Notes under the pieces: model-generated
Seen by the model: the letters and a program-made list of their open reading frames with translations, nothing else
Database searches by the model: none
What the model was told of the DNA's origin: nothing
Part shown: piece after piece, positions 25,231 through 36,285 of the stretch
Numbering within the stretch: position 1 is the first letter of the stretch
How the letters are laid out: each line of letters starts with the position of its first letter
DNA from: Leucoraja ocellata
Lineage: Eukaryota
Direction: 5' to 3'
Length of the DNA: 64,000 bases
Assembly: GCA_036785375.1 (NCBI GenBank)
Contig: JAWMAR010000148.1
Coordinates: 4,960,001 to 5,024,000, forward strand
Position numbers and translations under genes: made by a program

Positions 25231-27702
25231 CCATGTTTTTTGTAGCTCACATCCACAGGAAACATTGATTACTGTGCAGAAGGGTATGACATTTCTTCAT
25301 GGAATGCAATGGCTAACCACAGGGCCAGATGGTGTTGGGGACGGAGCTTAATTGACCTTGACTGAAAAGCTGGGACAAGTTACAAATCATTACTAGGTAT
25401 TAACATAATCTGAAAGAGCAAAGGTAATGTTAGAGCACTTATACTGAAGGACTGGACTTCCTCCACTTCCGACTGTAGCTCAAGATGTCTTAAAGCACAT
25501 TTTACAGCCAATGAAGTCTTTCTACACGTGGGCATTATTATAATGTAAGAAACATGGCTGGTGATTTAGGCTGTAAAAATTGCTGCCATTTGGAGTCTAT
25601 TTATATTATTTCCAAAAGTTCATTTGAGTAGATGTTAGACCCTTGACTGCTGCCAAGCTGTTCATGATGAAGAAGAAAAGATCATAAATATTACTTTCAA
25701 GATCAATTCTTTAAATATTTGTCAGATTTATGGCATAATTCCCACTCTAGAGATGTTTAAAACATCTTGTGAGATTGTTTCCTCGGTGTTTGATCATGCA
25801 ACAAGCACAACTAAGAGCAAACCCAAGGTAAACACAAAGTGTTGGAGAAACTCAGTGGGCCAGCACTTTGTGTCTATCTTGAGTGTAAACCAGCTTCTGC
25901 AGTTCCTTTCCACATCTAAGAGTGAACCTATCTGAATTTGGTCTTATTACGCTGATATAATCCGAAGCAATCCCTTAAAGCTAAAAGGCTTGAATAAAAA
26001 GGCAGTAAACAGATGTGGCAACTGCTTGTGAAAGGGAAATGTTATCCAAATGAGAAGATTTTGTTTATTGAAGCGATCTAACATGTTGTGTATGCTCACC
26101 TTACAAATGGTGTTGGCCTGTTTTCGGAAACAGGCCAACACCGTTAGATTTGGTGGATTCACTCTGACGTCAATCTGAGACAGTTAACACGCCTGTAATT
26201 GAGCCATAATGATGTGTGTATAAACTGATCAAATGGAGGGCAGGCTGCATGACTGGACAACAAGACCAAGAGTTGATTCAATCTGTCTTTGAGTGTGTTC
26301 TTAATTCAGCAGGAATACACAAATGAAAGACATCTTTTTCAATAGTCCAATTCCACTTCTGAGTTCATTACAACATGTAAAATAACAATGGTTCAATTAT
26401 GCTTTTATTGTCATTTGTGTGAAGAGCAAATACACAGTGAGATTATTTCTTTACAAACAGTCCAATAGAGTATTGCCAACCCTACGCACATCTCCAATTA
26501 GCAACTTGTACTGATCCTCCATGCAAGAGGCAAAAACAGAACAAATACTGTTTAATAACCTCCTCTGAGCGATCCTGAATATTGTTCACAATACTAATAA
26601 CTAGAGTTTGTCAGTGGAACAAAATTGTAACTATGATAATTTTTTTTGTTTTTAATGCTAAGATGATTCTAAATATACTTAACCAGTTACTATCACTGAC
26701 TGTTCTTCGCCATTCCCCACTGTGAAAATCTATTAAAATAAGAATTTAAAAGTAAGAATGTTAAAAGATAAATTTATTGTTGGAAATATCAATGAGGGCT
26801 ACAGTAGGCATGGTAAGATTAGTTGCTGCTTAAATCAATTGTATAATTAATGCCATATAACATTGAGTTTTTTATGACAACTTCAAGAACTAAGTGCCCA
26901 GGATTTATGACTGAATGATCTACTATTTTACCAATGTGCACACATAATGAGTCTCTGAGTTAATTTGGATATTTTGGATCCCCATTCAAGAAAATTGCCC
27001 TGAACGTTAGGATCCAAGTATGTTTTGCTCAGAGTATTACAATCAAAGCAAAATCTGAAAAGAAAATTTCAACCAAAGAGTTCCATCCAGAGATTAATCC
27101 AAATTCTACGTTTATTAGTGAAACATTAAGAGTGATGTACATGTTCTTTGGTTCTTTAGATCTCCATTATGCCTCCTCATTTCTCCTAATCAACCTTGTT
27201 TTTTCTCAAGTCAGCCAATTACTTGTACCCACTTTTTTAACATTACTCCTCCACCGCCCCTCTCATACATCCCAATGTCACAAGTTTGTGAGTGGTTCCA
27301 TATTTTTTAAATTATAAACAATTAACATAAACCAAAACTAAATATTAAATCAGGATATAGTCCGTTTCCTGGTGCTTACGTTGGAGATAATGGTAGAGGC
27401 AGGGCAGCCATTAGGAGCAGCTGCTAAGAATAAGAAAAATATTTCCTAATAGACCTTTCCCAGAAATTACTATGTTGTTTTTTTTTTAAACTTTTAACCA
27501 TCTATAAATGTTCTGAGCAGGACTCATTCTGTGCAATTGGGAGACCCCAATTGCCAAGCCTATATGTGATGATTAAAATATGCATTGTGTTTCCCTTTGA
27601 GAAAGAGAATTAAAGCAAAAAGGGTGAAACAGCAAAAAAGAACATCTTATGATTCAACATTCAATTTTGAAGAATCACTGTTCATATTTTTCTCTCTCCC
27701 AG

Positions 27703-27803
27703 CTTCATTACAGTTCAGATACAACATGGATGACTTGGTACCTGATATTTGCAATGTGGTAAAGGAACTACCACCTCGAAAACTACCACCTCCTGTGATT
27801 GAG
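27703..27803 (+). CDS. FAM227B: FAM227B internal coding exon
   Basis: Strong acceptor TTTTTCTCTCTCCCAG; 101 nt, phase 1 to 0; SLQFRYNMDDLVPDICNVVKELPPRKLPPPVIE; donor GAG|GTACAT; joins in frame to the exon at 31104. Confidence 0.75.
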
Positions 27804-28304
27804 GTACATTCACTGTTTCGGGAGCCTTTCTTGAACAGTAGGGCTTTGTGGATAAAGGGCAGAGTTGTTGTGGCAGGGGACTAGTTCCAACTTACTGGCA
27901 TTTGAGTGAACATCAAGCCAAAAGGATGGAAGGTTAAGATACTGGCAAGTTCAGGATGCCCTGTGAAAGCCCACACATTACACAAGATAAAAAGGAGAGA
28001 AATCTGGCATAAAAAACATTTTGCTCTGTAAAACAAAACAATATATACTCTGTTAGCAACATTGGACAACACCGAAACTCGTCTGTGTTGCTATTTATGG
28101 GAGAGCGGAGGGTGCAGTGGAGTTTAAAACTATTTTTGTGGTGGATTTCATTGTAAGGACTTATGAAACCTATTGTACAAAATATAATAAGAAATAAGCA
28201 GAATATTTTTGGTTGCAGGTTTGTTCAGCACTCATTTAAAAATAGGTCTGAGATTTCCAGCCTACCTTTAGATTTGTGCATATTCTGTAGACATATTTGC
28301 TGAA

Positions 28305-28830
28305 ATACGTAAAATTATGAGAGTCATAGACGGGGTAGACAGTCAGAACCCTTTTCTCTGTTTCGAAAAATTAAATACTAGAGGGCACAGCTTTAAGGTG
28401 AGAGGGGAAAAGTTGTATCCTTTGACAGCCGCCTTCATGGTCTGCAACTCCACAAATGTTGATATCGTCTGCAAACTTAGTAATCAACCCATCTACATTC
28501 ATATCAAACAATGAGGTACCAGTGCTGATCCCTGCAGAACACCACTGGACATAGACCTCCAGCCAGAACTGTCCTGTATGCTATGTCGAAGCCAGTTCTG
28601 AATACAGACTGCCATGTCACCTCTACATCCTAATCTTCTGGATCAGCCTACCATGAGAGAACCAACTGCCATGCTGACCCTTGTATAGACAACATCTATT
28701 GCCTACTCTCATCGATCACCTCTGTCATCGTCTCAAAAAAAGAATTGAGTTTGCAAGAGAAGAACGGCCTTGCATAAAGTTATCCTGACTGTCCCTAATT
28801 AGCCTTTTTTCACCTAAATGTGAGTAAAGC
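28305..28830. mobile_element. Two abutting CR1 fragments in opposite orientations
   Basis: Plus-strand MRVIDGVDSQNPF...TRGHSFKVRGEK to about 28415, then a minus-strand RT-region remnant. Confidence 0.55.
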
Positions 28831-28972
28831 CTATGTTGGGTTTCCAGCTTCTGGAGTTTATTGATTTCCATTGTGATAAAAGCATGCCATTTCCGTGTAT
28901 TGACAACACCATGTCAGCCAGTGAGTCGGAAGTGGTTGTTGTGAGACATAATAGAACTAACAGCAAGTACAA

Positions 28973-29559
28973 TGGCGCAGTGGTAGAGCTGCTGCCTCAC
29001 AGCGCCAGAGACCCAAGTTCAATCCTGACTACGGGTGCTGTCCTATAGTTTAGTTTGGAGATACAGCGCGGAAACAGGCCCTTTCAGCCCACTGGGTCCG
29101 CTCCGACCAGTGATCCCCGCATATTAACACTAGGGACGATTTTTACATTCACCAAGCCAATTAACCTACATACCTGTACGTCTTTATGTGGGAGGAAACC
29201 GAAGATCTCGGAGAAAGCCCACGCAGGTCACGGGGAAAACGTACAAACTCCGTACAGACAGCACCTGTAGTCAGGATCGAACCTGGGTCTCCGGCGCTGC
29301 ATTAGCTGTAAGGCAGTAACTCTACCGCTACGCCACCGTATCGGTCCGGAGTTTGTACCCTCTCCCCTGTAATCATGTGAGTTTTCTCTGGGTGCTCTGG
29401 TTTCCTCCCACATTCCAAAGGCGTGCAGGTTTGTAGGTTAATTGACTTCTGTAAATCGCCTCTAGTGTGTAGGATGTGAAAGTGGGATTATACAGAACTA
29501 GTGGTCGATGGTCGATGTGGGCACGAACGGGCTGTTTCATGCTGTATCTCTAAACTAAA
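28973..29559 (+). mobile_element. tRNA-derived SINE (HE1/V-SINE-like) interrupted by a second copy
   Basis: A-box TGGCGCAGTGG, B-box-like GTTCAATCC, core GGAGTTTGTAC...GGTTTCCTCCCACA, and TAAAC-repeat tail. Confidence 0.8.
29047..29339 (-). mobile_element. Full SINE copy nested antisense in another SINE
   Basis: Reverse complement of the same SINE family, from tail (TAGTTTAGTTT) to head (CTACCGCTACGCCACCGT). Confidence 0.85.
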
Positions 29560-31103
29560 GCAAACCATCCATTGTTTAGCAACTTTAATTTACACAGACA
29601 GAGTGGAAATTCCAGGAACTTCCGTAAGTAGCAAGTGTAACCTCTCCAGTAAAATGCAATATGGACGATAGTTACAGAGGATATAAAGCAACTGGGAATA
29701 CAGCAAATGGCAGAACTGAGGGAGGAAAAAAGAGATCTCAGAGAGTCATACAGCTGGAACAGTTTACAGTGAAAGACAAATGCCCTGGTAGTTTCCAGCC
29801 TTCTCTTAAAATTACCTGAACAGGCATTGTTGAATATTATGTCTGAAAGACAACCGTAAACTAAGTGGCATGCTTCCAATGGAAAAACCTGGAACACCTC
29901 AGCGGTTAGGTAACCTCTAAAAGAGAATTTCAAAATGAGTGGAGCAGATCTTGCTGGTCTGGTCTTCCCAGCTTGGATCACCACGCATGGTCACTCCATG
30001 CCCCTATTTCAGTCTACATGGCTGGCCCACCTTGATGGCCCAAAGCAAGACTCCAGTGGTACAAACTACAGGAGCAGGACTCTGTCATACACTCATACAC
30101 ACTCCGTCCCTGAATCTGCCCTGAAATATTTAGTCCTGGAAAGGCTTTAAATCATTTCAGAATCATTTAGAAACATAGAAATTAGGTGTAGGAGTAGGCC
30201 ATTTCTCCAGTTCTGTTTGCCCTTTTTTTAGAAACAAGGAACTGCAGTTGCTGCTTTGTACCAACAACAGACACAAAGTGCCCGAGTAACTCAACGGGTC
30301 AGGTTTGGGTCAAAATATCACCCATTCTTTTTCTCCAGAAATGCTGCCTGACCAGCTGAGTTACTCCAGCATTTCATGCCTATCACAGCGAAATAGCTGA
30401 TAATGCAAATGAGATGTGTTCCTGCGGTCATTAAATATGTTCCACCTTCTACAGCCAGGTCTTTGGGGCAACTCCCTCACAATTAACCTCTTTGACAACC
30501 TCCTATTGGTACGTCATGTTCAGATCCAGAGGGGTTCATCAGCGTACAGGGCCACTCCTCTGGCCTCCCCGCCCCTTTAACACAGATTTTAAGGTGTAAG
30601 TGAGGTGGCCACTGCTTTGTTTAGCTCGAGGTGGACACTTTGCAATGCCCCCCCAACAGCAATCACCAACACCTTAAAGAGCTCGGTGATAACTGTGCCA
30701 GTTACATGCAGCTGGGATTAGAAATTCTGCAATTATCAGCAATGGCAGAAATGGTGAAATCATTCCAGAAAGGCGTGAACGTGAGATTTTGGACACAAGA
30801 TTCATGTACAGGTACCAATTTATCAGTGGAACAAACTGACCTTGGTTTTCTATCACCTCTGACACTCATGACATTTATATCACCATTTCAGTGAGCGATT
30901 TTTAGCCCAGGAACTCTTATATAAGGTTCGTAATGGAGTTTAAGCAGAATTGAAGCAATATAAAGAATATAATTTGTTTTGAGGGTGATGCACTATTTGT
31001 TAAACTGAAAGCTCCTCCAATACTGTAATTTCCTGAAAAGAAACAAAAATCATTAAATGGTGTATATTAATTAACTAGTAATATTCACTCTTTGCCTTTA
31101 CAG

Positions 31104-31264
31104 TCAGCCTACGCTGGTCGAGGCCCAGAATTCAAACACATTCGCCTCAGGCTTTCTGGTCGCAGCCCCCTGGTCGCTCACTTCCTCAACATGAAGAAGG
31201 TGCAGGGTAGAAGTTTGGGCACCGTCGGAACAACACTGAAACACAAGGAAATTTCCAAACAGCC
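31104..31264 (+). CDS. FAM227B: FAM227B internal coding exon
   Basis: Acceptor TTTGCCTTTACAG; SAYAGRGPEFKHIRLRLSGRSPLVAHFLNMKKVQGRSLGTVGTTLKHKEISKQP resembles the FAM227B GPEF...GQSPLI..YL segment; 161 nt; followed by the U12 donor ATATCCTTT; syntenic with FGF7 and GALK2. Confidence 0.88.
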
Positions 31265-31469
31265 ATATCCTTTCATTGTATCGAGTCTGAATGTCTTTCT
31301 AACAAAATATTGCCTTTACCCCAAATCGGATGGAAAGTTCAATTTTATGCACTAGTAATATTGGGCCAAGTTGGGCACAATCTGATGATCAAAGTTGTTA
31401 AAAAAAAAAAAGCAATTCAAAAGGATTTATCCTTTTATAATTACTAAAAACAGTTACACATTTCTTGTG

Positions 31470-31765
31470 AGAGGAATAGATTGGGCAGATGCCCAGAGTA
31501 AGTAAATTGAGGACCAGAGGACATAGGTTTAAGGTGAGGAGAAAAGATTTAATAGAAATCTGAGGGGCAACTTTTTCACATAAAGGTTGGTGGGCCTAGC
31601 AACATTTAAGAAACTGTTAGACAGGTACATAGATAGGATTGGTTTTGAGGGATACGAGCCAAACGCAGGCTGGTAGGTAGGACTTGTGTAGCCGGGATAT
31701 GTTGGCCAGTGTAGGCAAGTTGGGCCGAAGGGCCTGTTGCCACGCTGTATCACTCTATGACTCTA
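31470..31765 (+). mobile_element. CR1-clade LINE 3' end
   Basis: ACCAGAGGACATAGGTTTAAGGTGAGG...CTCTATGACTCTAT tail. Confidence 0.75.
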
Positions 31766-31974
31766 TATACAATTCAGTGATAAAAGTAAATTAAATCATT
31801 TAAGATTAAGTAAAATGAAACACACCTGGTATTACACATTTACATTTTTGATTAGGTAAGCAAACCAATTTGAAATGTTGGGTTTGCAGAACCATGGGTG
31901 GTATACAGCTGAGGGGCTGAATAAATCCGGCCTCTCACTTCAGTTTGTTTGGGGTCTGACCTCAGTCTCAAAGG

Positions 31975-32240
31975 TTTTAGTTTTAAAGATACAGCGTGGA
32001 AACAAGTGTTTCAGCCGATCATTGATCATCCGCGTAGTTGTTCTAAGTTATCCCAGTGTTGCATCCTACACATGAGGAGGAATTTTACAGGAGCCAATTA
32101 ACCTACAAACCTGCACGTCTTTGGAATGTGGGAGGAAACCGGAGCACCCGGAGAAAACCCACGCAGTCACAGGGAGAACGTGCAAACTCCATACAGACAG
32201 CACCCATGGTCAGGATTGAACCCGGGTCTCTGGCACTCTA
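31975..32240 (-). mobile_element. SINE copy, target of a MITE insertion
   Basis: Family core, interrupted at TAA 32239-32241. Confidence 0.8.
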
Positions 32241-32241
32241 A

Positions 32242-32376
32242 TGCCCCTGTCCCACTTAGGAAACCTGAAAGGAAACCTCTGGAGACTTTGCGCCCCACCC
32301 AAGGTTTCCGTGCGGTTCCCGGAGGTTGCAGGTAGTGGAAGCAGGTAAGGAGACTGACAAAAACCTCCGGGAACCT
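32242..32376. mobile_element. Truncated Harbinger-type MITE inserted in a SINE
   Basis: TAA followed by TGCCCCTGTCCCAC (same terminus as the 46814 element); internal inverted repeat GGTTCCCGGAGGTT/AACCTCCGGGAACC; right TIR missing. Confidence 0.7.
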
Positions 32377-35300
32377 GGTTGTGCCACCCAGGTCAAGCAG
32401 TAAATAAAGAGGGAGATTAAAAGCATTGGTGTCAGGCCTCCAGCTGCTCTCTTGATTTCTATGCTGCACAGTTCAAGCAAGCATGTCGGAGATGAGCTGA
32501 TCTACAAAGAGAGCATTACCAGCAGGACTCCACAGAGCCTCAGTAGTTCTAAACATATACAGAATTACGTGGCCAATATCTATTTATGCGTGTTCTACCC
32601 ATATAGATTTAGATGGAACACATTTGAAATATAACCGATACAAAATAATTTAAAAGGTAGGATTCTAAAAAGTATAAACAAACAACTTAATTGATATAAA
32701 TATTTGAGGGATATAATGGGTGACTATTTTGAGTTTTCATAAGTTTTGTTTCCATATTGACATCCCCATTCAACTATAAGATTAATAAGTGACTGTAAAG
32801 ATAATGCAGCTCTTAAAAATAATTAGGACATAAGACATTAATTTGTTAAATTAGCTTCTTTGACATGCACATCAGACTTAAAATAGGAAATGCAGATTCA
32901 CAAAATGCAGATAAACTTTAGATGCATTTATCCTAGTAATGCTAATCTGTCAACTTTTGGTAACGTGGACTTTGTTCTGTACATGAATTGCTTTAAAAAT
33001 AATAGTTGAAAATATCATGGCTGAATTTGGAGATTTTCATAATTTTCCGAAACATCATTATGTTGAATGTCGCTGGAGGAAATGAGGAAAAGTACTTTGT
33101 AGCCATGTTGCCTTGTACCCAACTACATCTGTGGTCCCCTGACACCAAGGAGGCATCGTAGTTTACATATTAAACTAATGTCTTTCGGAACTAAAGATCA
33201 TCTTAATTAGTATTATCCTTCCTAAATGTGTAATTGCTTCCAGCAGACAGGTTTGCCAGATAGTCAGATCAAATCAAAGTTTAGATGGTTTCCCAAGGCA
33301 GTGTCTTCATTCAAATCATCATCTTTGTTATCTTCATTGCATCACCTCTCGTTGTTTGGCAAAATATTCCCAGCAGATAATTTACAACAGTTTACACGAA
33401 ATTTAACCATATCAAACATGCAAGCCTCGTGCAGAAAGAAAATGACTGGCATGTAATCTTTCAAACTTTATATGGTCTAAAGTCCAATGGCAAGGGTCAT
33501 TTAAATGCAATATAAACATTTATGTTTTATCCAAGAGCATGGTGCTCATTTTTCTAAAAATGAAACTCAACAGTTAACAGTGCTTTACTGTCCAGTCTTA
33601 TTAAAACTGCTTCTGACATTTTCAAGCTTTACAAAGCAACTTCTGTCATCTTTATGTAAGATTGGTTAAGGAAAGGCTGATGCCTAAACAAAATAAAATA
33701 CCACAGAGTGAGATTAGATATGGTGATTACTGTATATTTAGTGGATTGTTTGGAAGTAATCTTCAAATTCAGCAAAAAATTAAAAGATGTCAATCTGGTG
33801 CAGTGACTTGTCATTCAAGTTTATACATCAGAGTGTTTATGTTCCTTCCAACAGCAATCTGTTTTTTCGTGCAAAGATTGATGCTTATTTACTTGGGCAC
33901 AACTGACTTGTTGGTTGAGATTTTTGAGATGGGAATCCTTGGGCAAGATAAGTTTCTGTTGTTGAAGTGGGGTGCTGCTGTATTAATGTTCAAAGGAATG
34001 TAGGAAAAGGGGGACACCAGTTGGCCTTTTAGACCAGCTCCCCAGATGTGTACTGCATGTTGGCTCTTGCTTGGCTGTTAAGAACAGCTGTGTCTTTAAC
34101 ATCTGGATGCTTGTCTGCTAGTTCCTTGGTTCAAAACAGAGAATGTGCCATTGTCTATCTTGTGCACTTTCTGCAGATAAATACACTTACATTTATTTGG
34201 AGATGCAAGGAACTGCGGATGCTGGAATCTAGAGTAAAACACATAGTAGTGTAGTATCTCAGCAGGTCAGGCAGCATCTCTGGAGGATGTGAATGGGTGC
34301 AGTTTTGGATTGAGACCTTTCTTCAGACTAAAGAAGGGTCTTGACCGAATCCCCGCCCAGCCATGTCTTGCAGAGATGCTGCCTGACTCGCTGAGTTACT
34401 CCAGCACTTTGTTTTGCCATAAACCTCTTGATATTGTAAGACTTGGCACAGCATTTGTAAGATTGTATGTGTTTTGAATGTGCCTAGTGAGGGCAATGCT
34501 AACTGCAAAGAGAGCAAAAGAAACTGAATACCTCCAAATCGGGTCTTGTATTGACAAGTAACAGCCTTGACAGTATTAATGGCTTTCTTCAATTGCTTTC
34601 TAGTTGACTTGGTGCTGAAGTGGAGCCATCTATTTGGCCACATTTCAGCCATGATTACTTGTGTGTAATTTTGCAAAATGGAACCCAAGCTTGAGCACAT
34701 TTTCTATTTACCTACCAAGTTATACCCAACAAGGAAATGAGGGAATCCAAGGCCACTTTCTCACGTATCAAGTGGTCTCATTCTTTTCTTCTTCACCTTA
34801 CCATAAGCTAATGCACTATTGAAACGAGGATCTCTCAGAATCTTAGACCCCTGTATTCAATGTTGACGTAGGAAATTCAGTGAGAGCCAAATATAAAATC
34901 AGCTAAGTATCTCATTATACAGTGCTAAGATCTGGTACTATATTGAAGAAAATGTTTAACTTTCATTGTTATTTGGTCCAGGCAGGAATATTTAGACTAT
35001 TTAATACCAGGTAGTTATGAATGAGATATTTAACTAGATGATAGTTTCAATGTGTCTGTTCTTTCTCATAAGGTATTGAATTAAAACCAAAATAAGATTT
35101 GGAATTTAGATTTCTTCATTAATCTAAAAATAATCTAATATCCATGTTTTATCTGGATAATACAACTTCATTAAGAGGACTATTAACAAAATATGTTTTA
35201 ATGGTTATTAAATGGAAAAATACATTTACTTATTGTGAAAAACATATTTCTAAAAAAGCATTTCACTTTAAGACCATTATTGGAACAGAGTGGCTCAGTG

Positions 35301-35805
35301 TTCAATGGACATTTGTGGGGGGGGGGGGGGAAACACTTAATAGTAATGGTGTTGCTGTACCAATATGACTTGTATTTAAAGATTATTCTTTGTTTCACCT
35401 TTCCATCAACCTAAACCATTAATCTATAATTTGTTGGTGGGCTGTCATGGTGGTATGAACTTGTGGAAAGTAACGTACAGCTTGAGGTTGGCCTGCAGCA
35501 TGAGTCTAATTTAGTCCTCGATTTAAGTTTTTAATTAATTTGGCGGTGATTAAGCTTCCAATACTAAGCCTTGACCTTTAACGATGCTGTGTTCATTATC
35601 TCAAGAGATTTCAAAATTATGTTGACTAGCATTTGGACCCCATTTGAAAACATTTGCCCATGTTATTTTTGGCACTGTTTGTTACCTTGTCCTATGTCTT
35701 TAAGCATGAAACTCTAAGATTAATGAGACAACATAATGAATCAATTACTGTCGTAGGACACTAAATAGTCCTTAAATGTTTTAACTTTAACTGAAGTCAA
35801 TGCAC

Positions 35806-35883
35806 AGCACTCCATCCAACCTACCTCGAAGTTATCAAAGAAGCTGAGACTTTCAGCAAAGTTCTGCTACAGAAAAACATTGA
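35806..35883 (+). CDS. FAM227B: FAM227B internal coding exon
   Basis: 78 nt, phase 2-2, (P)ALHPTYLEVIKEAETFSKVLLQKNI, matching the FAM227B PTY..VIKEA motif; GTAAGT donor at 35884. Confidence 0.88.
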
Positions 35884-35934
35884 GTAAGTTAACAAATCAT
35901 CACTTATTTTGATTTAAGGCTACATTAGACATAA

Positions 35935-36135
35935 AATAAAACAGCATGGAAACAGGCCCTTCTGTACATCATGTGCATGCCGACCAAGTTACCCCATCTA
36001 ATCTAGTCTCATTTGCCGCTGTTTGGCCCATATCTCTCTAAACGTTTTTTATCCATGTACCTGTCCAAATGTCTTTTAAATGTTGTTATGGTGTCTGCCT
36101 CCTCTGGCAGCTCTTCCCATTTACCTTTCACCCAC
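35935..36135 (-). mobile_element. CR1-clade LINE 3' end
   Basis: Reverse complement of the same 3' end, between two FAM227B exons. Confidence 0.7.
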
Positions 36136-36210
36136 TTATGAGAAATCTCGTGATCCATATTTTAAAGAATATTATTGCTGTTAATCAGTGGGCTCTCTTC
36201 TTCCTTATAG

Positions 36211-36285
36211 TGTACATGAGCAAACCAAGAAGGAAGTTGCAAAAATAAAGTGGGACCAGAAGCAGTTTAACAAAAGAATTGACAG
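36211..36285 (+). CDS. FAM227B: Probable FAM227B coding exon (coiled-coil-like)
   Basis: Strong acceptor CTCTCTTCTTCCTTATAG; 75 nt, phase 2-2, in frame: (D)VHEQTKKEVAKIKWDQKQFNKRID; donor AG|GTTTGT. Confidence 0.7.

Larger units (their letters stand above)
31265..35805 (+). other. U12-type (minor spliceosome) AT-AC intron of FAM227B
   Basis: 5' splice site ATATCCTTT; branch-like TCCTTAAA (35769-35776) and ACTTTAAC (35784-35791); terminal AC at 35804-35805 restores the frame (CC|A = Pro). Confidence 0.88.

Noticed and set aside
28973-29045. tRNA gene
   Set aside because: The A and B boxes belong to the tRNA-derived SINE head; there is no complete cloverleaf.
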